Shown: piece after piece, positions 46,134-54,094 of the stretch
Layout of the letters: each line of letters begins with the position of its first letter
How positions within the stretch are numbered: position 1 is the first letter of the stretch
Assembly (NCBI GenBank): GCA_902386385.1
Contig: CABMIU010000025.1
Location: 1 to 54,094 of the forward strand
Direction of reading: 5' to 3'
Length of the DNA stretch: 54,094 nt
DNA from: an uncultured archaeon
Lineage (GTDB): Archaea; Iainarchaeota; Iainarchaeia; Iainarchaeales; Iainarchaeaceae
The notes under the pieces: generated by a model
Told to the model about the DNA's origin: nothing
Seen by the model: the letters and a program-made list of their open reading frames with translations, nothing else
Database searches by the model: none
Program-made: the position numbers and the translations under genes

Positions 46134-48085
46134 TGCAGGGCGAAACCAACAAGAATGCGAATGGAAACCGGCCGCACAAAGGCGGAAAAGGCAGTGCGGC
46201 AGGCAAAGGCAAATACGCGGGCATCGCGAGCAGGGCAGGCAACGCAATATTGAAATTTTTCGCCCCTATGCTCATTGCATTCATCCTTCTGGCAGTACTC
46301 CCCGGCTCGGCTTCCGCGGAAATTTCCAACGCCGACGTGAATTTTTCCGCAGGAACTGATTTCCTGTCCCTCGAGCCAGGGCAGGACACTGGCGTTATGC
46401 TTTCAATCAGCAACAACACCTTTGACAGGCATTGCTACCGCATAGAGGCAAGCCTCGGCGGCAATGATGCGAAACAAAGCATCGAAATGAGCAGGCCTGG
46501 GCCATTCTGCCTGAATGGAAAGGAGACAACAAGGTTCAGCGTAATTGCAACAGCGAAAAGGGACGCCTTCTTCGGCAATTACACTATAAGCCTTGCCCTT
46601 GAAAGCGATAACGGCAGCACGCTTGCATCGGAAACAATTGCAGCCACAATCGACAGCCCCGCAACACCGATAGAAATCGAGAGGGGCGGCCAATATTACA
46701 TCTGCAATGAGCCCTATACAAAGGAAGTGCCTGTAATCGTTTACAATGGCTCTTCAGGCCAGATTGACGTGTCAAAACTCACGGCTGAAAACAGCGCCCT
46801 GATGCCTGAATTCGAGGATGCTGGAACAACTATTCCGGCAAATTCCTCAAAGGAACTCACAATGAAGATACATTTGAACGATACGACGCCCGCGGGCGAC
46901 TACCGGATCTCTGTTTCCGCTTTTTCGCAGGGCAGGGAAACGAAATCTGAAATAACACTTGGGCTGCAGGACTGCCTCGAAAGCTCATACCGCATTTCCG
47001 TAACCCCGGAAAAAAGGCAGATGAAGAGGGGCGAGTCAAGGGAATACAATATAAGGGTTTACAATGAAACAGACAAGGAGCAGGAAATCCTGCTCGGGGC
47101 CGAAGGGCCAGCAGGAATAAATGCTGAGCTTGGCTCCGAAAGGCTTTTCATTGCGCCGAATGGCGCCAGGGAAACGACCCTCACCGTGACCGCATCAGAC
47201 AACGCGGAATTCGGGAAACAGGAAATAACCCTGATTGCTTCAGGCCGGAAAGGGGAGAAAACCAAAAAAATAAATGTTGAAATAACGAGGGAACATGTGC
47301 TGAGCCTTTACGCAAAGGACAACAGTTTTGACCTCAGGCAGTGCTCTGTTTCCGCGAGCGAAGCATTCGAAGTCGAAATAAGCAACAGCGGCGGATACAC
47401 CGAAACAGTGTACTTCAGCACGGACAACCCAGACCCGAAGATAAACGCAAGGCTTTCGGACAGCACAATGACCCTCCTGAAAGGAGAGACGAAAAAAATC
47501 TATGTTTTCGTCGTGCCGGGCCAGGAGGCAAAAATCGGGACTCATTATGTAACGCTGGTCGCTAAGGCTTCCGGGGAAGAGGAAAGGCTGGACCTCAAGT
47601 TCAGGGTCATAGCCGCCCAAGTCCCAGGCATTATTGAAATCACTTCATACCCAAAGGAAATTTCCGTTGATGCCGGCACCGACAAGCAAATCATGTTCAC
47701 CATTGCAAACAGGGGAAGCGAAAAGCTGCAGAACGTCAGGCTGAAAATGAAAGGAGCGGGAAACGGCATTTATTTCTTCCCGAACGACGGCATTTCAATC
47801 GAGGCGGGGCAGAGCGCAGAGATAAGGGCAAAAGTGCATGCTGTCGATACAAATGAAAACTCCACGAGCTTTGCATCGGTCGAGGCAACTTCCGGCGATG
47901 CAAAGGACTCAAAGGGCGTGACAATGAAAACAATCGGCACGGGCCAGTCGGGCGCCCAGCCTGGAAACGGCAGCCTGATAACTGGTCTCCTTAACCTCAC
48001 AGGCTCATCGCTCACTGCAGTAGCAATTATAATTGTTCTCGCAACAGCATTATTCGTGGCTTACGTTGCGGGAACCAGGAAATAG
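46130..48085 (+). CDS. Secreted multi-beta-sandwich (CARDB/NEW3-like) surface protein with a C-terminal anchor
   Basis: 651 aa with a basic N-terminus and a TM/signal segment. It has repeated ..S(I/V)xxxNxGxxxxxY.. style domains and ends ..ITGLLNLTGSSLTAVAIIIVLATALFVAYVAGTRK. Confidence 0.7.
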   Translation: MMQGETNKNANGNRPHKGGKGSAAGKGKYAGIASRAGNAILKFFAPMLIAFILLAVLPGSASAEISNADVNFSAGTDFLSLEPGQDTGVMLSISNNTFDRHCYRIEASLGGNDAKQSIEMSRPGPFCLNGKETTRFSVIATAKRDAFFGNYTISLALESDNGSTLASETIAATIDSPATPIEIERGGQYYICNEPYTKEVPVIVYNGSSGQIDVSKLTAENSALMPEFEDAGTTIPANSSKELTMKIHLNDTTPAGDYRISVSAFSQGRETKSEITLGLQDCLESSYRISVTPEKRQMKRGESREYNIRVYNETDKEQEILLGAEGPAGINAELGSERLFIAPNGARETTLTVTASDNAEFGKQEITLIASGRKGEKTKKINVEITREHVLSLYAKDNSFDLRQCSVSASEAFEVEISNSGGYTETVYFSTDNPDPKINARLSDSTMTLLKGETKKIYVFVVPGQEAKIGTHYVTLVAKASGEEERLDLKFRVIAAQVPGIIEITSYPKEISVDAGTDKQIMFTIANRGSEKLQNVRLKMKGAGNGIYFFPNDGISIEAGQSAEIRAKVHAVDTNENSTSFASVEATSGDAKDSKGVTMKTIGTGQSGAQPGNGSLITGLLNLTGSSLTAVAIIIVLATALFVAYVAGTRK

Positions 48086-48232
48086 CCGGAAATGAGGCAT
48101 CACAAATACAAAAAAATCCAAGGCCGTTAGCCAAGACGCCAAGGCAAATTGAAATAATGCAGATATGCAACCAATACAAAGTCCAATATAGAGAATCAAT
48201 GCCAAGGGCAACAGGAAGGGGGGTGTGGGAAA

Positions 48233-51200
48233 TTGAAGCCAGCAATAATAATGTCAGGTATACTCTTGGTCTTGCTGGGCATATACGCCCACAGCGTCGA
48301 ACTCGAAGGCAGCTTCGAGGCAAAGGCACTGCAGTGTGAACTATCAGCAACAGGGCTGCAGGTGCGCAACACTTCAAACAGCACAGCCACTTATGCGCTT
48401 GGAGTTTCAGGCGCGGAAACCAACTGGTTCAGCGTGATTCCGGGTTCCGTAACTTTAGGGCCGGGAGATTCGGCAACTGCAAGGGTTTTCGCAATAGCGG
48501 GCTGCTATGCTTCACCCGGGAATTATTCTGCGGACATATTCGTCTCCGGGAACGGCGAAAAGGCCACAAGGAAATTCAGCCTTGAGCTGGAGCAAGGCCA
48601 CTTTGTCGGCATCAGGCTGCTCGAGGCAAGTCAATCAGCAACGCAGGGCGAGGAGAAAATTTATGCTGTCGAACTCACTAACAACACCCTTGTACCGAAC
48701 CAGTCCATCGAGAGGGTTGACCTCAGCGTCCATGGCCTTCCAAGCACATGGTATTCAATTGACGAGCCAAGGGTGCTTGTCGAAAAAGGGAACCCGAAAC
48801 AGGCGAAGATACGGGTAAAGGCACCGATAGATGCGGAACTGGGGGATTATGAATTCACGGCAAGGGCTTCGCTGCCAAATCCGGAATTCTACTCGGAGAC
48901 AAAGGCAACCCATTCCATAAGGCAGGGGCAGGAATTCAGGGCAATCCTGCCGGAAGAAGCTGTCGGTGGCACTGTAAGCGCGTGCCTCGAGGAAAAAACA
49001 AAGGCGATAGTAAAAGTCCAGAACGCAGGAAAGCAGGACGACAACCTAAAGCTCAAGCTCGAAGGCCCTAAGTTTGTCTCGCTGGGACAGAATAATGTCT
49101 CAATCGGGAAAGGAAAAGAAAGCCAGATAGGGGTACTGATTGACCCGGAAGGGGAAAAAGCAGGGGACTATAATTTCACGGTCAGGATTGAAAGCGCGGT
49201 TTACGATTACTCGGCATCAAAAGAATTCAATGTGAAGCTCCTTGACTGCTACGGGGTTGAAGTTGAAAAGCTCGAGGGCAGTGAAAATGCATGCACAGGG
49301 GAAACACCGGTATATAGATTTAGGCTAAACAATGACAGGGCAAAGCCGATTGAGCTCAATGCAAGCCTGACGGGCATCAGCGGAAAGGTCGAGCCTGAAA
49401 AAATCACTATCCAGAACGGTGCGCAGGCGGAACTTAAGGCGACCCTTGACGTGAACGGCTACGCAAAGGAAGCAAAGGCGGGGCGCAGCGACCTCGCGGC
49501 AGAGCTGATTATAGACACTTCTGGCTCGATGTCGGAAAAGCAAGGCAGCGTCCAAAAGATGGAAATAGCGCGTTCGGAAATAATAAAGCTGGTGAACAGC
49601 ATAAGCGCAATTGATTTCGGCATGAGGGTAATAGGCCAGGGAAGCCTGTGCGAGCCTTCTGAACTCGTTGTGCCGCTGAAAAAACTCGACATTGCAGCAG
49701 TGGCCAAAAAAATTTCAATGCTGGAGCCCAGAGGCAAAACCCCCCTTGTCCAGGGCCTGAGTGCTGCTGCGAATGATTTTCCCCCCGGAAAGGAAAAAGC
49801 CATAATACTCGTGAGCGACGGCAAGGAAACCTGCGACGGGAACATTGAAAGCACGGCAAGCGAGCTGGCAAAAAAAGGCATTGCAGTTTACGCGATAGGG
49901 TTTGACATCGACAGGGAAGGAAAGGCACAGCTGGAAAAAATCGCGGGTGCGACAAAAGGCGGATACTTCGAGGCGCAGGATTCAAACCAGCTTTCTTCCG
50001 TGCTAGCGGAAGTATCAAAGGAACTTGACATTGCAGCGGGCAGCAAAGGCAGGCGCACATTCACGATATCCCTCGAATCCGAAAAATTCAGTTTCGAAAA
50101 AGATTATAGCATGGAGGTCAGCGACTGCCACAATGCTGCAATGGCCCTGCCGGAATTATACATCTGCCCCGGGGCTGAAAAAAACGACACGATAACAATA
50201 GCAAACCTAGGCACGCAGCAGCAGGAATTCGCATTAGCATATTCCCCGAAATGGGTGAGCGGACCTGCAAGCGTTTCCGTCGGCCCGAACTCAAAGAAAT
50301 CCATCCAGATAAAGGCAAGCCTGCCAAAAGGCGATTCAAGGCAGCGGCAGGCAAACCTTGTCGTGAATGCCGCCTCGCAGGGGCTTTCAGTATCCAGGGA
50401 AGCGCCCATACATTATCTCCAGGACGCCATATGCTATGGCATTGACCTCCTTCTGCCGGAATCTGAAATCGATGCGGCTGCATGCGAAGGCAAGAGGCAG
50501 AAGCTTTACATAGAGAACAGGGGGATGGTGGAACAGGAAGTTTCCCTCAGCACGGACAAGGCATACACAAAGCTTACGGAAGGCACGATAAATGTCGGGC
50601 CGGGCGAAAGGAAGGAAGTGGACTTCTTTGTGACTCCGCCGTTCGACCTGCCTGAAACGACTTTCATAACAATCAGCGCGGAAACAAACAACGGCTTTTC
50701 AACAGAGGCAAAGGCAAAGCTTGTCGTGAAAGGCAACCAGGATTCCTTCGGGACTTGGCAGCCCGACATAAGAGTAAGGGACCTGAACGTATCCACGCCA
50801 AAGGGCCTGAATTACAATGCTGAAATTGAGATTGAGCTGTTCAATGACAGCAGCAAGCCAATGAAAGTTTTCAATGCGGTGGCAAAGGGATTCAATGCGG
50901 TTTTCCAGATGCCTGAAACGACAATCCCTTCGGGGAAAGCCGCGAATGCCAGGCTCCTTGTCGGGATGCCTGCAGACGCAAAATCCGGCAGCAAGACAAT
51001 CCCCCTCATGATTGAAACAAGCCTTGGCACTTTCACGAGGGACGTGGAATTCGATTACAATGCTGCAGGCAAAACAACAGACGCCAACAAAAATTCAAAG
51101 GACATCAATTCGCTTGTTTCGGACGCGGCATCAAAAAAGCAGCCGGATGAAAACAAGGCAGGCAAGCTAATTAATGACAGTAACGGCACAGGGCGGGCAG

Positions 51201-51397
51201 ACCAAAACGGAGAAATTGCCCAGAAGGAAAAGGCTAAAGAAAGGATTGTGGTCGGCACAGGCCTATTCAACCTCGCCGACTTCACGACAGCCGCACTCAT
51301 AGGCCTTGTCGCGCTGGTAATACTGCTGATAGGGCTGAGCGCATACAACGCCGTGCAGGAAGAGAAGGAAAAGGCGGAAAAAGAAGAAAAGGAATAG
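48233..51397 (+). CDS. Giant secreted surface protein with a central von Willebrand factor A domain and a C-terminal anchor
   Basis: 1054 aa. The vWA domain has a MIDAS-like ..IIDTSGSMSE.., ..GKTPLVQGL.. and ..IILVSDGKETCDG.. (about 49495-50020). It is flanked by beta-sandwich repeats and followed by a C-terminal helix and an EKEKAEKEEKE tail. Confidence 0.8.
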   Translation: MKPAIIMSGILLVLLGIYAHSVELEGSFEAKALQCELSATGLQVRNTSNSTATYALGVSGAETNWFSVIPGSVTLGPGDSATARVFAIAGCYASPGNYSADIFVSGNGEKATRKFSLELEQGHFVGIRLLEASQSATQGEEKIYAVELTNNTLVPNQSIERVDLSVHGLPSTWYSIDEPRVLVEKGNPKQAKIRVKAPIDAELGDYEFTARASLPNPEFYSETKATHSIRQGQEFRAILPEEAVGGTVSACLEEKTKAIVKVQNAGKQDDNLKLKLEGPKFVSLGQNNVSIGKGKESQIGVLIDPEGEKAGDYNFTVRIESAVYDYSASKEFNVKLLDCYGVEVEKLEGSENACTGETPVYRFRLNNDRAKPIELNASLTGISGKVEPEKITIQNGAQAELKATLDVNGYAKEAKAGRSDLAAELIIDTSGSMSEKQGSVQKMEIARSEIIKLVNSISAIDFGMRVIGQGSLCEPSELVVPLKKLDIAAVAKKISMLEPRGKTPLVQGLSAAANDFPPGKEKAIILVSDGKETCDGNIESTASELAKKGIAVYAIGFDIDREGKAQLEKIAGATKGGYFEAQDSNQLSSVLAEVSKELDIAAGSKGRRTFTISLESEKFSFEKDYSMEVSDCHNAAMALPELYICPGAEKNDTITIANLGTQQQEFALAYSPKWVSGPASVSVGPNSKKSIQIKASLPKGDSRQRQANLVVNAASQGLSVSREAPIHYLQDAICYGIDLLLPESEIDAAACEGKRQKLYIENRGMVEQEVSLSTDKAYTKLTEGTINVGPGERKEVDFFVTPPFDLPETTFITISAETNNGFSTEAKAKLVVKGNQDSFGTWQPDIRVRDLNVSTPKGLNYNAEIEIELFNDSSKPMKVFNAVAKGFNAVFQMPETTIPSGKAANARLLVGMPADAKSGSKTIPLMIETSLGTFTRDVEFDYNAAGKTTDANKNSKDINSLVSDAASKKQPDENKAGKLINDSNGTGRADQNGEIAQKEKAKERIVVGTGLFNLADFTTAALIGLVALVILLIGLSAYNAVQEEKEKAEKEEKE

Positions 51398-51578
51398 GCA
51401 ATACAACCGGCCATTTTATTTTTGCATGCCAAGGCCTTCAGCCAACCACCGCCCCAATCTTTCTCGAATGGCCCTTTGCCCAAAGCACCCCGACACCCCG
51501 CATCGGTTGCGGCAAAAGCAAAAAAAAGCCAGCTAGTCTAAAATAAAAATGCTTCTGCCTTTTTCTGGTTAGGATAAG

Positions 51579-52790
51579 ATGCACCCTATTCTGCCTGCAA
51601 GGCGAACAGCAGGAATCAAGCACGCTACCCGCGATGTTGTGCCTATTGCACAGCAGGTCGAGAAAAGCGGGAAGAAAGTGCTCTACCTGAACATCGGCGA
51701 CCCGATGGTCTATGATTACAGGACGCCGGAACACCTGTGGCAGGCAATGAACGACAACCGCAAAAAAGCCGAAGGCTACTCCGATTCTCTCGGAACAGCC
51801 GGCGCAAGGCAGGCTGTTGCAGATTATGCCAAGAGAATGGGCGTCCAAGGCGTAGCAAAGGAAGACGTGATGACCTTTGTGGGGGGCAGCGAGGCGATAA
51901 TGCTCGCAATGCAGGGCCTTTTCAACCCGAAGGAAAACTGCCTCATGCCCTGCCCAGTTTATTCAATATTCACTGGCGAACTCTCGTTCCTCGAAGCTGA
52001 ATCTAACGAATATTACCTTGACGAGGAAAACGGGTGGCAGCCGGAGACAGAGGACATTGAAAAGAAAATAAACGAAAAGACCAGGGCAATCGTGGTCATC
52101 AACCCGAACAACCCGACAGGCTCGGTTTCCTCGAAGGCGACGCTCAAGAAAATCATTGACATCGCGGGCTCGCACAACCTTGTCGTGTATGCAGACGAAA
52201 CCTACGACCAGCTGCTCTTTGACCGCGAGAAATTCACGCCGATGGCCTCGATAGCGGATGACGTGCCAATGCTCTGCTTCGGCAGCATATCAAAGAACTA
52301 CCTCGCCCCGGGATTCAGGGGAGGATGGATTTACAGGCACGACCCGCAGAACCTCATGAAAGATTACTGGGAAGCGATACAGAAATTCTCGCGCCTCAGG
52401 CTATCGACCGTCGCCCCCGTGCAGTACGCGATGGAAGCCGCCCTCAACGGGCCACAGGACCATTTCATGGAACTCGTGCCAAAGCTCCAGAAAAGAAGGG
52501 ACCTGACTTACAGGAGGCTGAACGAAATAGAGGGACTGAGCTGCGTAAAGCCCAAAGGCGCATTCTATGCCTACCCCCGCATAAATTTCCCCCTTCCGAA
52601 CGATTCAGACAGGGAATTCGTGATAGACCTTTTAAAGGAAAAAGGGGTGCTCTGCGTCTACGGCGAAGGCTTCGGCCAGAAGAAAGGAACGCACCACTTC
52701 CGCATAGTGTTCCTGCCGCCAGAGGAAATCCTCTCGGAAGCATTCGACAAAATCGAGGAATTCGTGAAAGAAAAATATTTGCGCAAATGA
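51579..52790 (+). CDS. Class I/II pyridoxal-phosphate aminotransferase (alanine/aspartate aminotransferase-like)
   Basis: 403 aa with ..LNIGDP.., ..NPNNPTGS.. and ..GSISKNYLAPGFRGGW.. (PLP Lys). Confidence 0.9.
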   Translation: MHPILPARRTAGIKHATRDVVPIAQQVEKSGKKVLYLNIGDPMVYDYRTPEHLWQAMNDNRKKAEGYSDSLGTAGARQAVADYAKRMGVQGVAKEDVMTFVGGSEAIMLAMQGLFNPKENCLMPCPVYSIFTGELSFLEAESNEYYLDEENGWQPETEDIEKKINEKTRAIVVINPNNPTGSVSSKATLKKIIDIAGSHNLVVYADETYDQLLFDREKFTPMASIADDVPMLCFGSISKNYLAPGFRGGWIYRHDPQNLMKDYWEAIQKFSRLRLSTVAPVQYAMEAALNGPQDHFMELVPKLQKRRDLTYRRLNEIEGLSCVKPKGAFYAYPRINFPLPNDSDREFVIDLLKEKGVLCVYGEGFGQKKGTHHFRIVFLPPEEILSEAFDKIEEFVKEKYLRK

Positions 52791-53056
52791 ACGCCAGCCC
52801 CCCCCTCAGCGCCGCTCCAAAAAAAATAAATTGCGTATCCATCGCCTCGCCTATACCGCACGAACCAGCCGGTTAGCCAAACAAAAAACGCCAAATGCCG
52901 AAAAAACAACCCGCACGAAAAAAGTTTTGGAAAATTATTGCACAAAAATATTCCTTCGGGAATTTTTTCCAGAAAACAGAAAAAGATATTTAAAGAGAAG
53001 CAGTGCATATTGCTACTGCGTATTGGGAGTTAAGGGGGTAAGCCATACTGCAAACG

Positions 53057-53131
53057 GTGGGGGAAACATCGGCTCGTTTGCAAAGGCGAGTGAGCAGTTC
53101 CCTGGCTTACCTTCTTTCACTTATTCTAACT
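53057..53131 (+). ncRNA. Candidate structured RNA (nested helices), identity unknown
   Basis: GGTAAGCCA (53057-53065) pairs with TGGCTTACC (53123-53131). This stem encloses TGCAAACG (53069-53076) paired with CGTTTGCA (53095-53102). A TATA-like ATATTTAAAG lies around 53006-53015. Confidence 0.25.
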
Positions 53132-53245
53132 TTAATCCCGCCCCGGACAGCCCCTTTTCGAGGTTCCGACAAGCCTTTTTAACCTTAACACGGGGATTTT
53201 CTATCGGAAAGGAAAAGGCAGCCGGCTATTTTCGCCGAAGGCAGG

Positions 53246-53299
53246 CTCTTTTTCTTTTTGGTTCAGCTTTTTCTTTTTCTCTCCGAGAAAAAGAAAAAG
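53246..53299 (+). repeat. Mirror-repeat pyrimidine tract plus a perfect 15-bp polypyrimidine/polypurine hairpin in the tRNA-Ser 5' leader
   Basis: The sequence reads CTCTTTTTCTTTTT (53246-53259), ggttcag, CTTTTTCTTTTTCTC (53267-53281), tcc, GAGAAAAAGAAAAAG (53285-53299). The element ends 4 nt before tRNA position 1. Confidence 0.85.
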
Positions 53300-53303
53300 G
53301 TGA

Positions 53304-53520
53304 GCGGGGATGGCAGAGCGGTCTAATGCGCACGCCTGGAATAACCCTTTTCTTTCTCTTGCGAGAGAAAGAAAAGCGTTAGCGGAAAAGAAAGAGAAGC
53401 TGGCAAGGCTTTCTTTTCTTTTTTCGCCAACGTTTTTTCTTTTCTTCGCGAAGAAAAGAAAAAAGGTTGCGGCCAGCGTGTTCCTTCACAGGAGCATGGG
53501 TTCGAATCCCATTCCCCGCG
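53304..53520 (+). tRNA. tRNA-Ser (anticodon GGA, class II) with a 133-nt intron at 37/38
   Basis: The 5' exon (53304-53341) is GCGGGGATGGCAGAGCGGTCTAATGCGCACGCCTGGAA. The 3' exon (53475-53520) is AGCGTGTTCCTTCACAGGAGCATGGGTTCGAATCCCATTCCCCGCG. The acceptor stem is GCGGGGA/TCCCCGC, a long variable arm is present, the T-arm is ATGGG-TTCGAAT-CCCAT, and the discriminator is G. Confidence 0.85.
53342..53474 (+). other. tRNA-Ser intron (BHB type, 133 nt)
   Basis: The BHB reads CACGC/GCGTG, then a central CTGG/GCGG helix (3 of 4 positions pair) flanked by the 3-nt bulges AAT and CCA, then AACC/GGTT. Confidence 0.75.
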
Positions 53521-53642
53521 TCCCGTTTGCGTCCGGGAATAACGCGAACGTCCAGCCCATCGCAAGCGATGGGCCATAAATTGAAAACAAGCAGGGGGAA
53601 AATAAGCAACTAATAAAAAGAGATAGCTGCCGAATAGTTTTT

Positions 53643-54094
53643 ATGGCCACAAAGGTTCCGACAAAGAGGATTAAGAGGGAAATCCGCACGCTCCGGAGGG
53701 GGCTAAAGCAGGAAAAGAAAAAGGCTATTACGCTCAAGAAAGGGATAGCCGCGGTAAGGAAAAAGTCAGTGAACACCGCTAGGGCGGCTGCAGCAAGGAC
53801 CGCAAACCTCCGCAGCGAAATGGAGAGGCTCAAGGCGAACATCACGCAACTGGCCAACAATAAAACCCCTAAAAAGCAGCTTTCCGAGTACAACCTGTTC
53901 ATGAGGCGCCAGCTCAAGGCGGGAAAGAGTTTTGCCCAGGCAGTGAGGCTATGGAAGGCATACCGCAGGGGAATGGCAGTCATTAAGACAAGGGTTGCGA
54001 GGAAAATAATTGCGAAGCCCGTTACAAGGGTGCGCACAGTCATAAGGCGCGTTCCTGTCACGAAGGCAAGGACAATAATCAAAAGGGTCCCGGT
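53643..54094 (+). CDS. Lys/Arg-rich hypothetical protein, 3'-truncated by the window edge
   Basis: The ATG at 53643 opens a frame that runs off the window end (150 codons, MATKVPTKRIKREIRTLRRGLKQEKKKAI..LSEYNLFMRRQLKAGKSFAQAVRLWKAYRRG..). It is missing from the ORF track because it has no stop. The listed antisense ORF 53486..54082 overlaps the tRNA and looks like a shadow. Confidence 0.45.
   Translation, partial: MATKVPTKRIKREIRTLRRGLKQEKKKAITLKKGIAAVRKKSVNTARAAAARTANLRSEMERLKANITQLANNKTPKKQLSEYNLFMRRQLKAGKSFAQAVRLWKAYRRGMAVIKTRVARKIIAKPVTRVRTVIRRVPVTKARTIIKRVP

Noticed and set aside
42513-51397. The surface-protein block as a prophage or integrated mobile element
   Set aside because: There is no integrase, transposase, capsid or terminase-like ORF. 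No flanking direct repeats or tRNA-adjacent att-like sites were seen, and composition looks similar to the neighbouring genes.
53486-54082. A 198-aa minus-strand hydrophobic ORF
   Set aside because: It overlaps the tRNA-Ser 3' exon. It lies opposite a plus-strand frame that is open to the window end and has a more protein-like, strongly basic product.

Overview
This is an archaeal chromosomal segment of about 50% GC. The archaeal assignment rests on a complete A1Ao ATP synthase operon (atpH-I-K-E-C-F-A-B-D), bulge-helix-bulge tRNA introns, NucS, a TrmB-family regulator, an archaeal-type NMN adenylyltransferase and TTTATATA-type TATA boxes. Several bacterial-type genes, such as metK, and a large surface-protein island are compatible with a small-genome or symbiotic (DPANN-like) archaeon. 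That lineage guess is inference only. Most of the window is housekeeping: pdxST, gpgS/gpgP, nadCMBA, nucS, eno, prs, pyrG, sufS, the atp operon, a NitT/TauT-type ABC transporter, metK and an aminotransferase.

The most unusual content is as follows.
1. Two tRNA genes, Pro-CGG on the minus strand and Ser-GGA on the plus strand, each carry a 133-138 nt intron at the canonical 37/38 site. Both introns have hand-verifiable BHB splice motifs and the same architecture of three polypurine/polypyrimidine hairpins. Extra copies of the same hairpin module abut the mature tRNA ends, and one of these forms a mirror repeat capable of a triple helix.
2. Two related structured elements of about 100 nt lie inside the nad and atp operons, each immediately upstream of the next start codon.
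3. pdxS is split by a single in-frame TAG.
4. A 9-kb operon encodes four secreted, C-terminally anchored proteins with Ig-like repeats and a vWA domain, which share a [ST]GLxxL pre-anchor motif.
5. A roughly 900-bp region with no ORF of 60 aa or more that looks protein-coding (14.4-15.3 kb) carries TATA boxes, structured RNA candidates and micro-ORFs.

I saw no CRISPR array, rRNA, transposase or integrase. All coordinates and structures were derived by eye, and no database search was possible.
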